Positions 10,935-25,700 of a DNA stretch of 39,375 bases are shown piece after piece. The stretch is from Nemertoderma westbladi (lineage: Eukaryota; Animalia; Xenacoelomorpha). The position numbers and the translations under genes are program-made. The notes under the pieces were generated by a model. It worked only from the letters and a program-made list of their open reading frames with translations, had not been told where the DNA came from and made no database searches. How positions within the stretch are numbered: the stretch's first letter is position 1; each line of letters begins with the position of its first letter. The stretch covers positions 1 through 39,375 of the forward strand of contig JAUCBJ010008471.1 in assembly GCA_032718475.1 (NCBI GenBank), in the 5' to 3' direction.

Positions 10935-11231
10935 GTGAGTTTCAATTACATTAATTTCGAAAAAAAGTGATTCGAGTTTTAATTTATTAAAACGGCATAA
11001 AAGAGAGTTACAACGATTTATCTTAAGATCGTTTTTATGATAGACATTCCTGTGACTTGCGATGTCGGGCTTCATGATATATTCATCAACCTTCTTTCTA
11101 GAATAGATTATTTTATATTATCAATTGAGGTCAGGTTTCCATTATTATTTCATTATTATTTAACGGCACGGTTTAGCATTAGCGGCCCGCCAACGCCTCC
11201 AATATACGTTATTTACGTTGTATTATGGGCA

Positions 11232-13085
11232 GGTAGCACGAACTTAGTTCCAATCGAGGCGAACTTAGTTCCAATGGGTAGCACGAACTTAGTTCCAATC
11301 GAGGCGAACTTAGTTCCAATGGGTAGCACGAACTTAGTTCCAATGGGTAGCACGAACTTAGTTCCAATGGGTAGCACGAACTTAGTTCCAATGGGTAGCA
11401 CGAACTTAGTTCCAATGGGTAGCACGAACTTAGTTCCAATGGGTAGCACGAACTTAGTTCCAATGGGTAGCACGAACTTAGTTCCAATGGGTAGCACGAA
11501 CTTAGTTCCAATGGGTAGCACGAACTTAGTTCCAATGGGTAGCACGAACTTAGTTCCAATGGGTAGCACGAACTTAGTTCCAATGGGTAGCACGAACTTA
11601 GTTCCAATGGGTAGCACGAACTTAGTTCCAATGGGTAGCACGAACTTAGTTCCAATGGGTAGCACGAACTTAGTTCCAATGGGTAGCACGAACTTAGTTC
11701 CAATGGGTAGCACGAACTTAGTTCCAATGGGTAGCACGAACTTAGTTCCAATGGGTAGCACGAACTTAGTTCCAATCGAGGCGAACTTAGTTCCAATGGG
11801 TAGCACGAACTTAGTTCCAATGGGTAGCACGAACTTAGTTCCAATGGGTAGCACGAACTTAGTTCCAATCGAGGCGAACTTAGTTCCAATGGGTAGCACG
11901 AACTTAGTTCCAATGGGTAGCACGAACTTAGTTCCAATGGGTAGCACGAACTTAGTTCCAATGGGTAGCACGAACTTAGTTCCAATGGGTAGCACGAACT
12001 TAGTTCCAATGGGTAGCACGAACTTAGTTCCAATGGGTAGCACGAACTTAGTTCCAATGGGTAGCACGAACTTAGTTCCAATGGGTAGCACGAACTTAGT
12101 TCCAATGGGTAGCACGAACTTAGTTCCAATGGGTAGCACGAACTTAGTTCCAATGGGTAGCACGAACTTAGTTCCAATGGGTAGCACGAACTTAGTTCCA
12201 ATGGGTAGCACGAACTTAGTTCCAATGGGTAGCACGAACTTAGTTCCAATCGAGGCGAACTTAGTTCCAATGGGTAGCACGAACTTAGTTCCAATGGGTA
12301 GCACGAACTTAGTTCCAATGGGTAGCACGAACTTAGTTCCAATGGGTAGCACGAACTTAGTTCCAATGGGTAGCACGAACTTAGTTCCAATCGAGGCGAA
12401 CTTAGTTCCAATGGGTAGCACGAACTTAGTTCCAATGGGTAGCACGAACTTAGTTCCAATGGGTAGCACGAACTTAGTTCCAATGGGTAGCACGAACTTA
12501 GTTCCAATGGGTAGCACGAACTTAGTTCCAATGGGTAGCACGAACTTAGTTCCAATGGGTAGCACGAACTTAGTTCCAATGGGTAGCACGAACTTAGTTC
12601 CAATGGGTAGCACGAACTTAGTTCCAATGGGTAGCACGAACTTAGTTCCAATGGGTAGCACGAACTTAGTTCCAATGGGTAGCACGAACTTAGTTCCAAT
12701 GGGTAGCACGAACTTAGTTCCAATGGGTAGCACGAACTTAGTTCCAATGGGTAGCACGAACTTAGTTCCAATGGGTAGCACGAACTTAGTTCCAATGGGT
12801 AGCACGAACTTAGTTCCAATGGGTAGCCGAACTTAGTTCCAATGGGTAGCACGAACTTAGTTCCAATGGTTAGCACGAACTTAGTTCCAATGGGTAGCAC
12901 GAACTTAGTTCCAATGGGTAGCACGAACTTAGTTCCAATGGGTAGCACGAACTTAGTTCCAATCGAGGCGAACTTAGTTCCAATCGAGGCGAACTTAGTT
13001 CCAATCCCAGAAAATCAAAACGAACTTATAGTTCCAATGGGTAGCACGAACTTAGTTCCAATGCATGCGAATTTAGTTCCAATGT
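11232..13085. repeat. 24-bp minisatellite (~70 copies) with interspersed 21-bp variants
   Basis: Unit GGTAGCACGAACTTAGTTCCAATG; variant CGAGGCGAACTTAGTTCCAAT. Confidence 0.97.
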
Positions 13086-13872
13086 TTCAATCGTGGGGAT
13101 AGCCACGTAGTAGGCGGAGCCTATTGCGTATTGCCACTATTTGGGGTGGGTCAGGGTCAACAATAATTGTAAATAATTGTAAAACCTTTCTGTCAAACGA
13201 ATTATTATTAATGAATTAAATGTATAATTACACATTTTGAAATATATATTAATCACGAGTATACTGATACTGGCTGACTGAGTCTGTAGTATTATATACT
13301 CAAGTCATACACATTGTGCTATTTTCACACCAAATACAATATTTACCAGTTGTTTCGGTTTAGGTGGATGGGCGTTGTTTGGGTTAGGAGGTTGGGCGTT
13401 GTTTGGGTTAAGATTGTTTTGGTTAGGAGGTTGGACGTTTTGGGTTAGTTATTTACAATTATTATTTAACCATCCACCTAATGGTGCCATTAAACAGATA
13501 CTTCGCCAACTACGTGGCTCGCCTCACACCTGAAACATTGGAACTAAATTCGCATCCATTGGAACTAAGTTCGCATCCATTGGAACTAAGTTCGCATCCA
13601 TTGGAACTAAGTTCGTTTTGATATTCTGGGATTGGAACTAAGTTCGCCTCGATTGGAACTAAGTTCGCATCCATTGGAACTAAGTTCGCATCCATTGGAA
13701 CTAAGTTCGCATGCATTGGAACTAAGTTCGCATCCATTGGAACTAAGTTCGTTTTCGTTTTTCTCTAGTTATTGGAACTAAGTTCGCCTAAATTGGAACT
13801 AAATTCGCCAAAATTGGAACTAAATTCGTTTCCATTGGAACTAAATTCGCATGAGGCTTAAATTGGAACTTA
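11232..13872. mobile_element. Foldback-like non-autonomous element with modular inverted arms
   Basis: Left arm (11232-~13175) is built from CGAACTTAGTTCCAAT modules; right arm (~13445-13872) carries the reverse complement. Both share unique inverted landmarks (AATCCCAGAA.ATCAAAACG; GCCACGTAGT.GGCG.AG; AATAATTGTAAATAA). The outer left terminus and TSD were not identifiable. Confidence 0.7.
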
Positions 13873-14457
13873 AGTACGGGGAATCTTATGGGCATATTGA
13901 TGGTTATATGTGAAAATACAGCAAACTATTAACAACTACCAACTAACGTTCGCAGGTTTTGACCCTGAAGCCCCACTTTTTGACACTTTTCCTTCTTCCT
14001 CATCTCCATAATGTTACATATAAACCCTTAAAGTTTTAGTTTCTTTATAAAACTCAAAATGATATTCCTACAATACAGACTTTATGTAAGTAAGTGCCAG
14101 TGGTAAGATACTGAATATCTACCTACTCCAACCACTTTATAACACTGACTATTCTACTCAAACTGATACCGCTACCTATCACTGAAACTGAGCAGACAAT
14201 AGACTATTAGGTAGGTGTAGCGGTATTGCAGTGCCTTTCACACAGTGAACCATGCTGTTAGGTATACTACAGTAATATGCTGTATATTCAACCTACATTG
14301 CTTTGATTATTGAATACTTTGAATACTTTCCATGTCCGACAGATATGTGATGATTAACGAAATATTGTCGATAAACTTCGGTTTATGTTGATAATTATGT
14401 TGCCTTCCTTCTGAGTCTGTCGAACTCTCGTAGTTTTTTTCACGGACGCCTATGGAT

Positions 14458-15230
14458 CTGAGATAGACACGGGCCGCGCTGGGCCGGGCCGGGCTTTGGC
14501 CGAATTATAAATATTGGAAAGCCCGCTATTGTTTAATAATTATATTATCCAGTTAACAAAACACAATAATATTAAAATTTTTGTTACATATTTTTTATCA
14601 CAAAATTAAATTATTCTATATTTAATTTCCCGGTAACTACGGTTGTTTCATAATTTATTTGTGTCTTTGTTTAACTTTTTAATGTACCTTTGCTACATTC
14701 TCAGACTCACATACATATTACTTAAAGTAGAGCCTAGAAGGTAGACTGTCTCATACGTAGGCTTACCATCTTACAGGCTATACAATTTAAAACCAGGTAT
14801 TGGTTTGTTATTGTTTTTTATTTTACTGTAGTTTGAGTTTTTGTTTAATTTTGTTATAATTAAATAATTGAATCGAAATTTAGATACTGCGATGTCTGAC
14901 ACACTCTGACAGTAGTTAGTAATATCATCGAAATATAAATCCATCGAAACTAAAACGATGAGGCACGCACATTATTTCCTACCTAACGTCTCTGTGTATA
15001 TTATAATTCGATTTTTCTAATGCACAAACAACCAGCAGATTACAAACTGATATTGTATTTGGAATCAGTGTATGTAAATTGATCAAAAAAGTTAAAATTT
15101 TATTTTATGCTGTAATGTTTAGAAAAATTAAAATTAACGGGCCTTGTCGGGGGGGGGGGGGGGGGGCGGGCCGGGCCGAGACCCTACGGGCCGGGCCGGG
15201 CTGTGAATAACCGGCCCGTGTCCGTCTCTG
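14458..15230. mobile_element. hAT-family MITE
   Basis: Imperfect 19-bp TIRs CTGAGATAGACACGGGCCG / CGGCCCGTGTCCGTCTCTG, subterminal GGGCC repeats, and a perfect 8-bp TSD CTATGGAT (14450-14457, 15231-15238). Confidence 0.9.
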
Positions 15231-15476
15231 CTATGGATATCTGATAACTCAGCAAATCGTATTGATTCCCTATTAGTCGCCTAAATTATAATAAAAAATG
15301 ATGGAAATGGGATAATAACGATGGTTGGAGTGACTACTTTATAGGATTTCCATCACAATTAACTTATTATATTCAATTTTAAAATAATAAATAATTCATC
15401 ACGATTAACGATAACAGATAGAAGTGGCTGGTGCCATAAAGTAAAGTGCCGCGTAGCATCATAGAAAATAATCTAG

Positions 15477-15756
15477 CACTTTATTTTACAGTACTCAAGT
15501 TAATTTATAAATCTTGAGTAGAGTGTAGCGAGGATTATAATGGAAACCAGTAACGCAGTTTATATTCCATATGACAGGCGTCGATTTTATTAGATAGGTC
15601 TCCTGTCAACGAAAGTATAAGTTATAAGATGCTATTTCGGATTTGCATCCCTTTATCAGCGCACTTGCACCACCGTAACCTATGTTTAATTGTTGATACA
15701 CAAATTAATGGATTTTATTGGAGTAAAATAAATGCGCTTTGGAGTAAAATAAAGTG
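15477..15756. mobile_element. Possible small MITE
   Basis: 13-bp inverted repeat CACTTTATTTTAC / GTAAAATAAAGTG; no clear TSD. Confidence 0.35.
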
Positions 15757-15770
15757 AGACAATATAATAT

Positions 15771-16004
15771 CAAGCAAAGCAAACAGTCGGCCGAAGCCGG
15801 AGGCGACCCGAAGGCTCCTCTTTCGATAGCTGCTACCCGAGGGTAGGGGTGGTCGCTACTCCTATCCCAAGATTTGCTCCCAGTTATTTAACTGGTACTC
15901 ATTTTATCGACCCCAGTGGATGAAAGGCTGAGTGGACCCTGGCGGGGCTGAACCTACAACCAATAGATTGCAGGCCCGGCGCTCAACCAACTGAGCTACC
16001 CCGC
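15771..16004 (-). mobile_element. tRNA-derived SINE, copy 1
   Basis: Minus strand: GCGGGGTAGCTCAGTTGGTTGAGCG (A box)...GGTTCAGCCC (B box), central ACTCAGCCTTTCATCC..GGTCGATAAAATGAGTACCAG domain, GC-rich 3' part and a (TTTGC)-like tail. A near-identical second copy lies at 33061-33290. Confidence 0.9.
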
Positions 16005-16174
16005 TCAAATTCTAAAGATATCATTATTGTTGGCCCAAAATGATTTTTCTCCTACCTCTATGTTCCTATATTTTATTTCTCAACGGCATCATCCTTTCGT
16101 AATTTTTCGTTTCGTTAGTAATTTTGGTGCAATGTGTTGATTACTAATCGTATCGGTTCCCTTTATCCTTATAG

Positions 16175-16254
16175 AATCTACTAGGTTTACATAACATTCC
16201 TCGAGATTTCATTCATTGTTTAATCGAAACATTTAAAAAGATTGAAGACACCAA
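16175..16254 (+). CDS. SLC26A11: SLC26A11-like coding exon 4
   Basis: cttatag|AAT; NLLGLHNIPRDFIHCLIETFKKIEDT; donor AA|GTGAGT; phase 0 in, phase 2 out, matching its neighbours. Confidence 0.9.
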
Positions 16255-16761
16255 GTGAGTTACTGCAATAATATTCCTCTCTATTATTCTAATATATTTA
16301 TAACATTTATAAAATGTTAATAGAAAAACTTGAGATCTAATTACGATTACACTATTGCCACAGGACTAGCAATTAATTCAGTTACGTCTACCGGATCCCC
16401 CCTAACCACTCACACCATCTACTCCCATTGAGTTCATAGTGAAATTTGGTATTAGTTTGTGACAACTATTTTTTTTGTATAAATTTATTTGTGACTATAA
16501 GATGAAATCCTTCTCCTAATAACCTTAAGTCTTAGAAACGTTTTCCACTCTTTAGCTTTCTTGCACTCGCTTCGCTTGGGCTAAAAACAAACCGAAAATG
16601 AGTGAAAAATCCGGTGTTTTCCGCTTAATTTTTTTTTATCGAATAATCATCCTTAAAAAGTCCTTAAATTAATTTTTAACACTTAAACTGGTAGAAACAC
16701 ATATTTGTGTTTTCAGAATACAATGTTGACTTGGTCCTGTATATATTTCGTTGTATTGACT

Positions 16762-19700
16762 TGGTAAAAACACAAATATGTGTTTTACACTTTTATGTCA
16801 CGAGCTGGTCTAACCATTTTAGAAACTACGTTTCGAGTTGGTATGAACACAAATTTGTGTTTTACACTTTTATGTCACGAGCTGGTCGAACCGTTTTAGA
16901 AACTACGTTTCGAGTTGGTATGAACACAAATTTGTGTTTTACACTTTTATGTCACGAGCTGGTCGAACCGTTTTAGAAACTACGTTTCGAGTTGGTATGA
17001 ACACAAATTTGTGTTTTACACTTTTATGACACGAGCTGGTCGAACCGTTTTAGAAACTACGTTTCGAGTTGGTATGAACACAAATTTGTGTTTTACACTT
17101 TTATATCACGAGCTGGTCGAACCGTTTTAGAAACTACGTTTCGAGTTGGTATGAACACAAATTTGTGTTTTACACTTTTATGTCACGAGCTGATCTAACC
17201 GTTTTAGAAACTACGTTTCGAGTTGGTATGAACACAAATTTGTGTTTTACACTTTTATGTCACGAGCTGATCTAACCGTTTTAGAAACTACGTTTCGAGT
17301 TGGTATGAACACAAATTTGTGTTTTACACTTTTATGTCACGAGCTGATCTAACCGTTTTAGAAACTACGTTTCGAGTTGGTATGAACACAAATTTGTGTT
17401 TTACACTTTTATGTCACGAGCTGGTCGAACCGTTTTAGAAACTACGTTTCGAGTTGGTATGAACACAAATTTGTGTTTTACACTTTTATGTCACGAGCTG
17501 ATCTAACCGTTTTAGAAACTACGTTTCGAGTTGGTATGAACACAAATTTGTGTTTTACACTTTTATGTCACGAGCTGATCTAACCATTTTAGAAACTACG
17601 TTTCGAGTTGGTATGAACACAAATTTGTGTTTTACACTTTTATGTCACGAGCTGATCTAACCGTTTTAGAAACTACGTTTCGAGTTGGTATGAACACAAA
17701 TTTGTGTTTTACACTTTTATGTCACGAGCTGATCTAACCATTTTAGAAACTACGTTTCGAGTTGGTATGAACACAAATTTGTGTTTTACACTTTTATGTC
17801 ACGAGCTGATCTAACCGTTTTAGAAACTACGTTTCGAGTTGGTATGAACACAAATTTGTGTTTTACACTTTTATGTCACGAGCTGATCTAACCGTTTTAG
17901 AAACTACGTTTCGAGTTGGTATGAACACAAATTTGTGTTTTACACTTTTATGTCACGAGCTGATCTAACCGTTTTAGAAACTACGTTTCGAGTTGGTATG
18001 AACACAAATTTGTGTTTTACACTTTTATGTCACGAGCTGGTCGAACCGTTTTAGAAACTACGTTTCGAGTTGGTATGAACACAAATTTGTGTTTTACACT
18101 TTTATGTCACGAGCTGGTCGAACCGTTTTAGAAACTACGTTTCGAGTTGGTATGAACACAAATTTGTGTTTTACACTTTTATGTCACGAGCTGGTCGAAC
18201 CGTTTTAGAAACTACGTTTCGAGTTGGTATGAACACAAATTTGTGTTTTACACTTTTATGTCACGAGCTGATCTAACCGTTTTAGAAACTACGTTTCGAG
18301 TTGGTATGAACACAAATTTGTGTTTTACACTTTTATGTCACGAGCTGATCTAACCATTTTAGAAACTACGTTTCGAGTTGGTATGAACACAAATTTGTGT
18401 TTTACACTTTTATGTCACGAGCTGATCTAACCGTTTTAGAAACTACGTTTCGAGTTGGTATGAACACAAATTTGTGTTTTACACTTTTATGTCACGAGCT
18501 GATCTAACCATTTTAGAAACTACGTTTCGAGTTGGTATGAACACAAATTTGTGTTTTACACTTTTATGTCACGAGCTGATCTAACCATTTTAGAAACTTC
18601 GTTTCGAGTTGGTATGAACACAAATTTGTGTTTTACACTTTTATGTCACGAGCTGATCTAACCATTTTAGAAACTACGTTTCGAGTTGGTATGAACACAA
18701 ATTTGTGTTTTACACTTTTATGTCACGAGCTGGTCGAACCATTTTAGAAACTACGTTTCGAGTTGGTATGAACACAAATTTGTGTTTTACACTTTTATGT
18801 CACGAGCTGGTCGAACCGTTTTAGAAACTACGTTTCGAGTTGGTATGAACACAAATTTGTGTTTTACACTTTTATGTCACGAGCTGATCTAACCATTTTA
18901 GAAACTACGTTTCGAGTTGGTATGAACACAAATTTGTGTTTTACACTTTTATGTCACGAGCTGATCTAACCGTTTTAGAAACTACGTTTCGAGTTGGTAT
19001 GAACACAAATTTGTGTTTTACACTTTTATGTCACGAGCTGGTCGAACCGTTTTTGAAACTACGTTTCGAGTTGGTATGAACACAAATTTGTGTTTTACAC
19101 TTTTATGTCACGAGCTGGTCGAACTGTTTTAGAAACTACGTTTCGAGTTGGTATGAACACAAATTTGTGTTTTACACTTTTATGTCACGAGCTGATCTAA
19201 CCATTTTAGAAACTACGTTTCGAGTTGGTATGAACACAAATTTGTGTTTTACACTTTTATGTCACGAGCTGATCTAACCGTTTTAGAAACTACGTTTCGA
19301 GTTGGTATGAACACAAATTTGTGTTTTACACTTTTATGTCACGAGCTGATCTAACCATTTTAGAAACTACGTTTCGAGTTGGTATGAACACAAATTTGTG
19401 TTTTACACTTTTATGTCACGAGCTGATCTAACCATTTTAGAAACTACGTTTCGAGTTGGTATGAACACAAATTTGTGTTTTACACTTTTATGTCACGAGC
19501 TGATCTAACCATTTTAGAAACTACGTTTCGAGTTGGTATGAACACAAATTTGTGTTTTACACTTTTATGTCACGAGCTGATCTAACCATTTTAGAAACTA
19601 CGTTTCGAGTTGGTATGAACACAAATTTGTGTTTTACACTTTTATGTCACGAGCTGATCTAACCATTTTAGAAACTACGTTTCGAGTTGGTATGAACACA

Positions 19701-22700
19701 AATTTGTGTTTTACACTTTTATGTCACGAGCTGATCTAACCATTTTAGAAACTACGTTTCGAGTTGGTATGAACACAAATTTGTGTTTTACACTTTTATG
19801 TCACGAGCTGATCTAACCATTTTAGAAACTACGTTTCGAGTTGGTATGAACACAAATTTGTGTTTTACACTTTTATGTCACGAGCTGATCTAACCATTTT
19901 AGAAACTACGTTTCGAGTTGGTATGAACACAAATTTGTGTTTTACACTTTTATGTCACGAGCTGATCTAACCATTTTAGAAACTACGTTTCGAGTTGGTA
20001 TGAACACAAATTTGTGTTTTACACTTTTATGTCACGAGCTGATCTAACCATTTTAGAAACTACGTTTCGAGTTGGTATGAACACAAATTTGTGTTTTACA
20101 CTTTTATGTCACGAGCTGATCTAACCGTTTTAGAAACTACGTTTCGAGTTGGTATGAACACAAATTTGTGTTTTACACTTTTATGTCACGAGCTGATCTA
20201 ACCATTTTAGAAACTACGTTTCGAGTTGGTATGAACACAAATTTGTGTTTTACACTTTTATGTCACGAGCTGATCTAACCGTTTTAGAAACTACGTTTCG
20301 AGTTGGTATGAACACAAATTTGTGTTTTACACTTTTATGTCACGAGCTGATCTAACCATTTTAGAAACTACGTTTCGAGTTGGTATGAACACAAATTTGT
20401 GTTTTACACTTTTATGTCACGAGCTGATCTAACCGTTTTAGAAACTACGTTTCGAGTTGGTATGAACACAAATTTGTGTTTTACACTTTTATGTCACGAG
20501 CTGATCTAACCGTTTTAGAAACTACGTTTCGAGTTGGTATTAACACAAATTTGTGTTTTACACTTTTATGTCACGAGCTGATCTAACCATTTTAGAAACT
20601 ACGTTTCGAGTTGGTATGAACACAAATTTGTGTTTTACACTTTTATGTCACGAGCTGATCTAACCATTTTAGAAACTACGTTTCGAGTTGGTATGAACAC
20701 AAATTTGTGTTTTACACTTTTATGTCACGAGCTGATCTAACCATTTTAGAAACTACGTTTCGAGTTGGTATGAACACAAATTTGTGTTTTACACTTTTAT
20801 GTCACGAGCTGATCTAACCATTTTAGAAACTACGTTTCGAGTTGGTATGAACACAAATTTGTGTTTTACACTTTTATGTCACGAGCTGATCTAACCATTT
20901 TAGAAACTACGTTTCGAGTTGGTATGAACACAAATTTGTGTTTTACACTTTTATGTCACGAGCTGATCTAACCATTTTAGAAACTACGTTTCGAGTTGGT
21001 ATGAACACAAATTTGTGTTTTACACTTTTATGTCACGAGCTGATCTAACCATTTTAGAAACTACGTTTCGAGTTGGTATGAACACAAATTTGTGTTTTAC
21101 ACTTTTATGTCACGAGCTGGTCGAACCGTTTTTGAAACTACGTTTCGAGTTGGTATGAACACAAATTTGTGTTTTACACTTTTATGTCACGAGCTGGTCG
21201 AACTGTTTTAGAAACTACGTTTCGAGTTGGTATGAACACAAATTTGTGTTTTACACTTTTATGTCACGAGCTGATCTAACCATTTTAGAAACTACGTTTC
21301 GAGTTGGTATGAACACAAATTTGTGTTTTACACTTTTATGTCACGAGCTGATCTAACCGTTTTAGAAACTACGTTTCGAGTTGGTATGAACACAAATTTG
21401 TGTTTTACACTTTTATGTCACGAGCTGATCTAACCATTTTAGAAACTACGTTTCGAGTTGGTATGAACACAAATTTGTGTTTTACACTTTTATGTCACGA
21501 GCTGATCTAACCATTTTAGAAACTACGTTTCGAGTTGGTATGAACACAAATTTGTGTTTTACACTTTTATGTCACGAGCTGATCTAACCATTTTAGAAAC
21601 TACGTTTCGAGTTGGTATGAACACAAATTTGTGTTTTACACTTTTATGTCACGAGCTGATCTAACCATTTTAGAAACTACGTTTCGAGTTGGTATGAACA
21701 CAAATTTGTGTTTTACACTTTTATGTCACGAGCTGATCTAACCATTTTAGAAACTACGTTTCGAGTTGGTATGAACACAAATTTGTGTTTTACACTTTTA
21801 TGTCACGAGCTGATCTAACCATTTTAGAAACTACGTTTCGAGTTGGTATGAACACAAATTTGTGTTTTACACTTTTATGTCACGAGCTGATCTAACCATT
21901 TTAGAAACTACGTTTCGAGTTGGTATGAACACAAATTTGTGTTTTACACTTTTATGTCACGAGCTGATCTAACCATTTTAGAAACTACGTTTCGAGTTGG
22001 TATGAACACAAATTTGTGTTTTACACTTTTATGTCACGAGCTGATCTAACCATTTTAGAAACTACGTTTCGAGTTGGTATGAACACAAATTTGTGTTTTA
22101 CACTTTTATGTCACGAGCTGATCTAACCATTTTAGAAACTACGTTTCGAGTTGGTATGAACACAAATTTGTGTTTTACACTTTTATGTCACGAGCTGATC
22201 TAACCATTTTAGAAACTACGTTTCGAGTTGGTATGAACACAAATTTGTGTTTTACACTTTTATGTCACGAGCTGATCTAACCATTTTAGAAACTACGTTT
22301 CGAGTTGGTATGAACACAAATTTGTGTTTTACACTTTTATGTCACGAGCTGATCTAACCATTTTAGAAACTACGTTTCGAGTTGGTATGAACACAAATTT
22401 GTGTTTTACACTTTTATGTCACGAGCTGATCTAACCGTTTTAGAAACTACGTTTCGAGTTGGTATGAACACAAATTTGTGTTTTACACTTTTATGTCACG
22501 AGCTGATCTAACCGTTTTAGAAACTACGTTTCGAGTTGGTATGAACACAAATTTGTGTTTTACACTTTTATGTCACGAGCTGATCTAACCATTTTAGAAA
22601 CTACGTTTCGAGTTGGTATGAACACAAATTTGTGTTTTACACTTTTATGTCACGAGCTGATCTAACCATTTTAGAAACTACGTTTCGAGTTGGTATGAAC

Positions 22701-25700
22701 ACAAATTTGTGTTTTACACTTTTATGTCACGAGCTGATCTAACCATTTTAGAAACTACGTTTCGAGTTGGTATGAACACAAATTTGTGTTTTACACTTTT
22801 ATGTCACGAGCTGATCTAACCATTTTAGAAACTACGTTTCGAGTTGGTATGAACACAAATTTGTGTTTTACACTTTTATGTCACGAGCTGATCTAACCAT
22901 TTTAGAAACTACGTTTCGAGTTGGTATGAACACAAATTTGTGTTTTACACTTTTATGTCACGAGCTGATCTAACCATTTTAGAAACTACGTTTCGAGTTG
23001 GTATGAACACAAATTTGTGTTTTACACTTTTATGTCACGAGCTGATCTAACCATTTTAGAAACTACGTTTCGAGTTGGTATGAACACAAATTTGTGTTTT
23101 ACACTTTTATGTCACGAGCTGATCTAACCATTTTAGAAACTACGTTTCGAGTTGGTATGAACACAAATTTGTGTTTTACACTTTTATGTCACGAGCTGAT
23201 CTAACCATTTTAGAAACTACGTTTCGAGTTGGTATGAACACAAATTTGTGTTTTACACTTTTATGTCACGAGCTGATCTAACCATTTTAGAAACTACGTT
23301 TCGAGTTGGTATGAACACAAATTTGTGTTTTACACTTTTATGTCACGAGCTGATCTAACCGTTTTAGAAACTACGTTTCGAGTTGGTATGAACACAAATT
23401 TGTGTTTTACACTTTTATGTCACGAGCTGATCTAACCATTTTAGAAACTACGTTTCGAGTTGGTATGAACACAAATTTGTGTTTTACACTTTTATGTCAC
23501 GAGCTGATCTAACCGTTTTAGAAACTACGTTTCGAGTTGGTATGAACACAAATTTGTGTTTTACACTTTTATGTCACGAGCTGATCTAACCATTTTAGAA
23601 ACTACGTTTCGAGTTGGTATGAACACAAATTTGTGTTTTACACTTTTATGTCACGAGCTGATCTAACCGTTTTAGAAACTACGTTTCGAGTTGGTATGAA
23701 CACAAATTTGTGTTTTACACTTTTATGTCACGAGCTGATCTAACCGTTTTAGAAACTACGTTTCGAGTTGGTATGAACACAAATTTGTGTTTTACACTTT
23801 TATGTCACGAGCTGATCTAACCATTTTAGAAACTACGTTTCGAGTTGGTATGAACACAAATTTGTGTTTTACACTTTTATGTCACGAGCTGATCTAACCA
23901 TTTTAGAAACTACGTTTCGAGTTGGTATGAACACAAATTTGTGTTTTACACTTTTATGTCACGAGCTGATCTAACCATTTTAGAAACTACGTTTCGAGTT
24001 GGTATGAACACAAATTTGTGTTTTACACTTTTATGTCACGAGCTGATCTAACCATTTTAGAAACTACGTTTCGAGTTGGTATGAACACAAATTTGTGTTT
24101 TACACTTTTATGTCACGAGCTGATCTAACCATTTTAGAAACTACGTTTCGAGTTGGTATGAACACAAATTTGTGTTTTACACTTTTATGTCACGAGCTGA
24201 TCTAACCATTTTAGAAACTACGTTTCGAGTTGGTATGAACACAAATTTGTGTTTTACACTTTTATGTCACGAGCTGATCTAACCATTTTAGAAACTACGT
24301 TTCGAGTTGGTATGAACACAAATTTGTGTTTTACACTTTTATGTCACGAGCTGATCTAACCATTTTAGAAACTACGTTTCGAGTTGGTATGAACACAAAT
24401 TTGTGTTTTACACTTTTATGTCACGAGCTGATCTAACCATTTTAGAAACTACGTTTCGAGTTGGTATGAACACAAATTTGTGTTTTACACTTTTATGTCA
24501 CGAGCTGATCTAACCATTTTAGAAACTACGTTTCGAGTTGGTATGAACACAAATTTGTGTTTTACACTTTTATGTCACGAGCTGATCTAACCATTTTAGA
24601 AACTACGTTTCGAGTTGGTATGAACACAAATTTGTGTTTTACACTTTTATGTCACGAGCTGATCTAACCATTTTAGAAACTACGTTTCGAGTTGGTATGA
24701 ACACAAATTTGTGTTTTACACTTTTATGTCACGAGCTGATCTAACCATTTTAGAAACTACGTTTCGAGTTGGTATGAACACAAATTTGTGTTTTACACTT
24801 TTATGTCACGAGCTGATCTAACCATTTTAGAAACTACGTTTCGAGTTGGTATGAACACAAATTTGTGTTTTACACTTTTATGTCACGAGCTGATCTAACC
24901 ATTTTAGAAACTACGTTTCGAGTTGGTATGAACACAAATTTGTGTTTTACACTTTTATGTCACGAGCTGATCTAACCATTTTAGAAACTACGTTTCGAGT
25001 TGGTATGAACACAAATTTGTGTTTTACACTTTTATGTCACGAGCTGATCTAACCATTTTAGAAACTACGTTTCGAGTTGGTATGAACACAAATTTGTGTT
25101 TTACACTTTTATGTCACGAGCTGATCTAACCATTTTAGAAACTACGTTTCGAGTTGGTATGAACACAAATTTGTGTTTTACACTTTTATGTCACGAGCTG
25201 ATCTAACCATTTTAGAAACTACGTTTCGAGTTGGTATGAACACAAATTTGTGTTTTACACTTTTATGTCACGAGCTGATCTAACCATTTTAGAAACTACG
25301 TTTCGAGTTGGTATGAACACAAATTTGTGTTTTACACTTTTATGTCACGAGCTGATCTAACCATTTTAGAAACTACGTTTCGAGTTGGTATGAACACAAA
25401 TTTGTGTTTTACACTTTTATGTCACGAGCTGATCTAACCATTTTAGAAACTACGTTTCGAGTTGGTATGAACACAAATTTGTGTTTTACACTTTTATGTC
25501 ACGAGCTGATCTAACCATTTTAGAAACTACGTTTCGAGTTGGTATGAACACAAATTTGTGTTTTACACTTTTATGTCACGAGCTGATCTAACCATTTTAG
25601 AAACTACGTTTCGAGTTGGTATGAACACAAATTTGTGTTTTACACTTTTATGTCACGAGCTGATCTAACCATTTTAGAAACTACGTTTCGAGTTGGTATG

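Noticed and set aside
11037-13102. ORFs of 599, 579, 530 and 86 aa (MGSTNLVP and similar repeats)
   Set aside because: They are stop-free readings of a 24/21-bp minisatellite on both strands inside an intron, with no non-repetitive domain.
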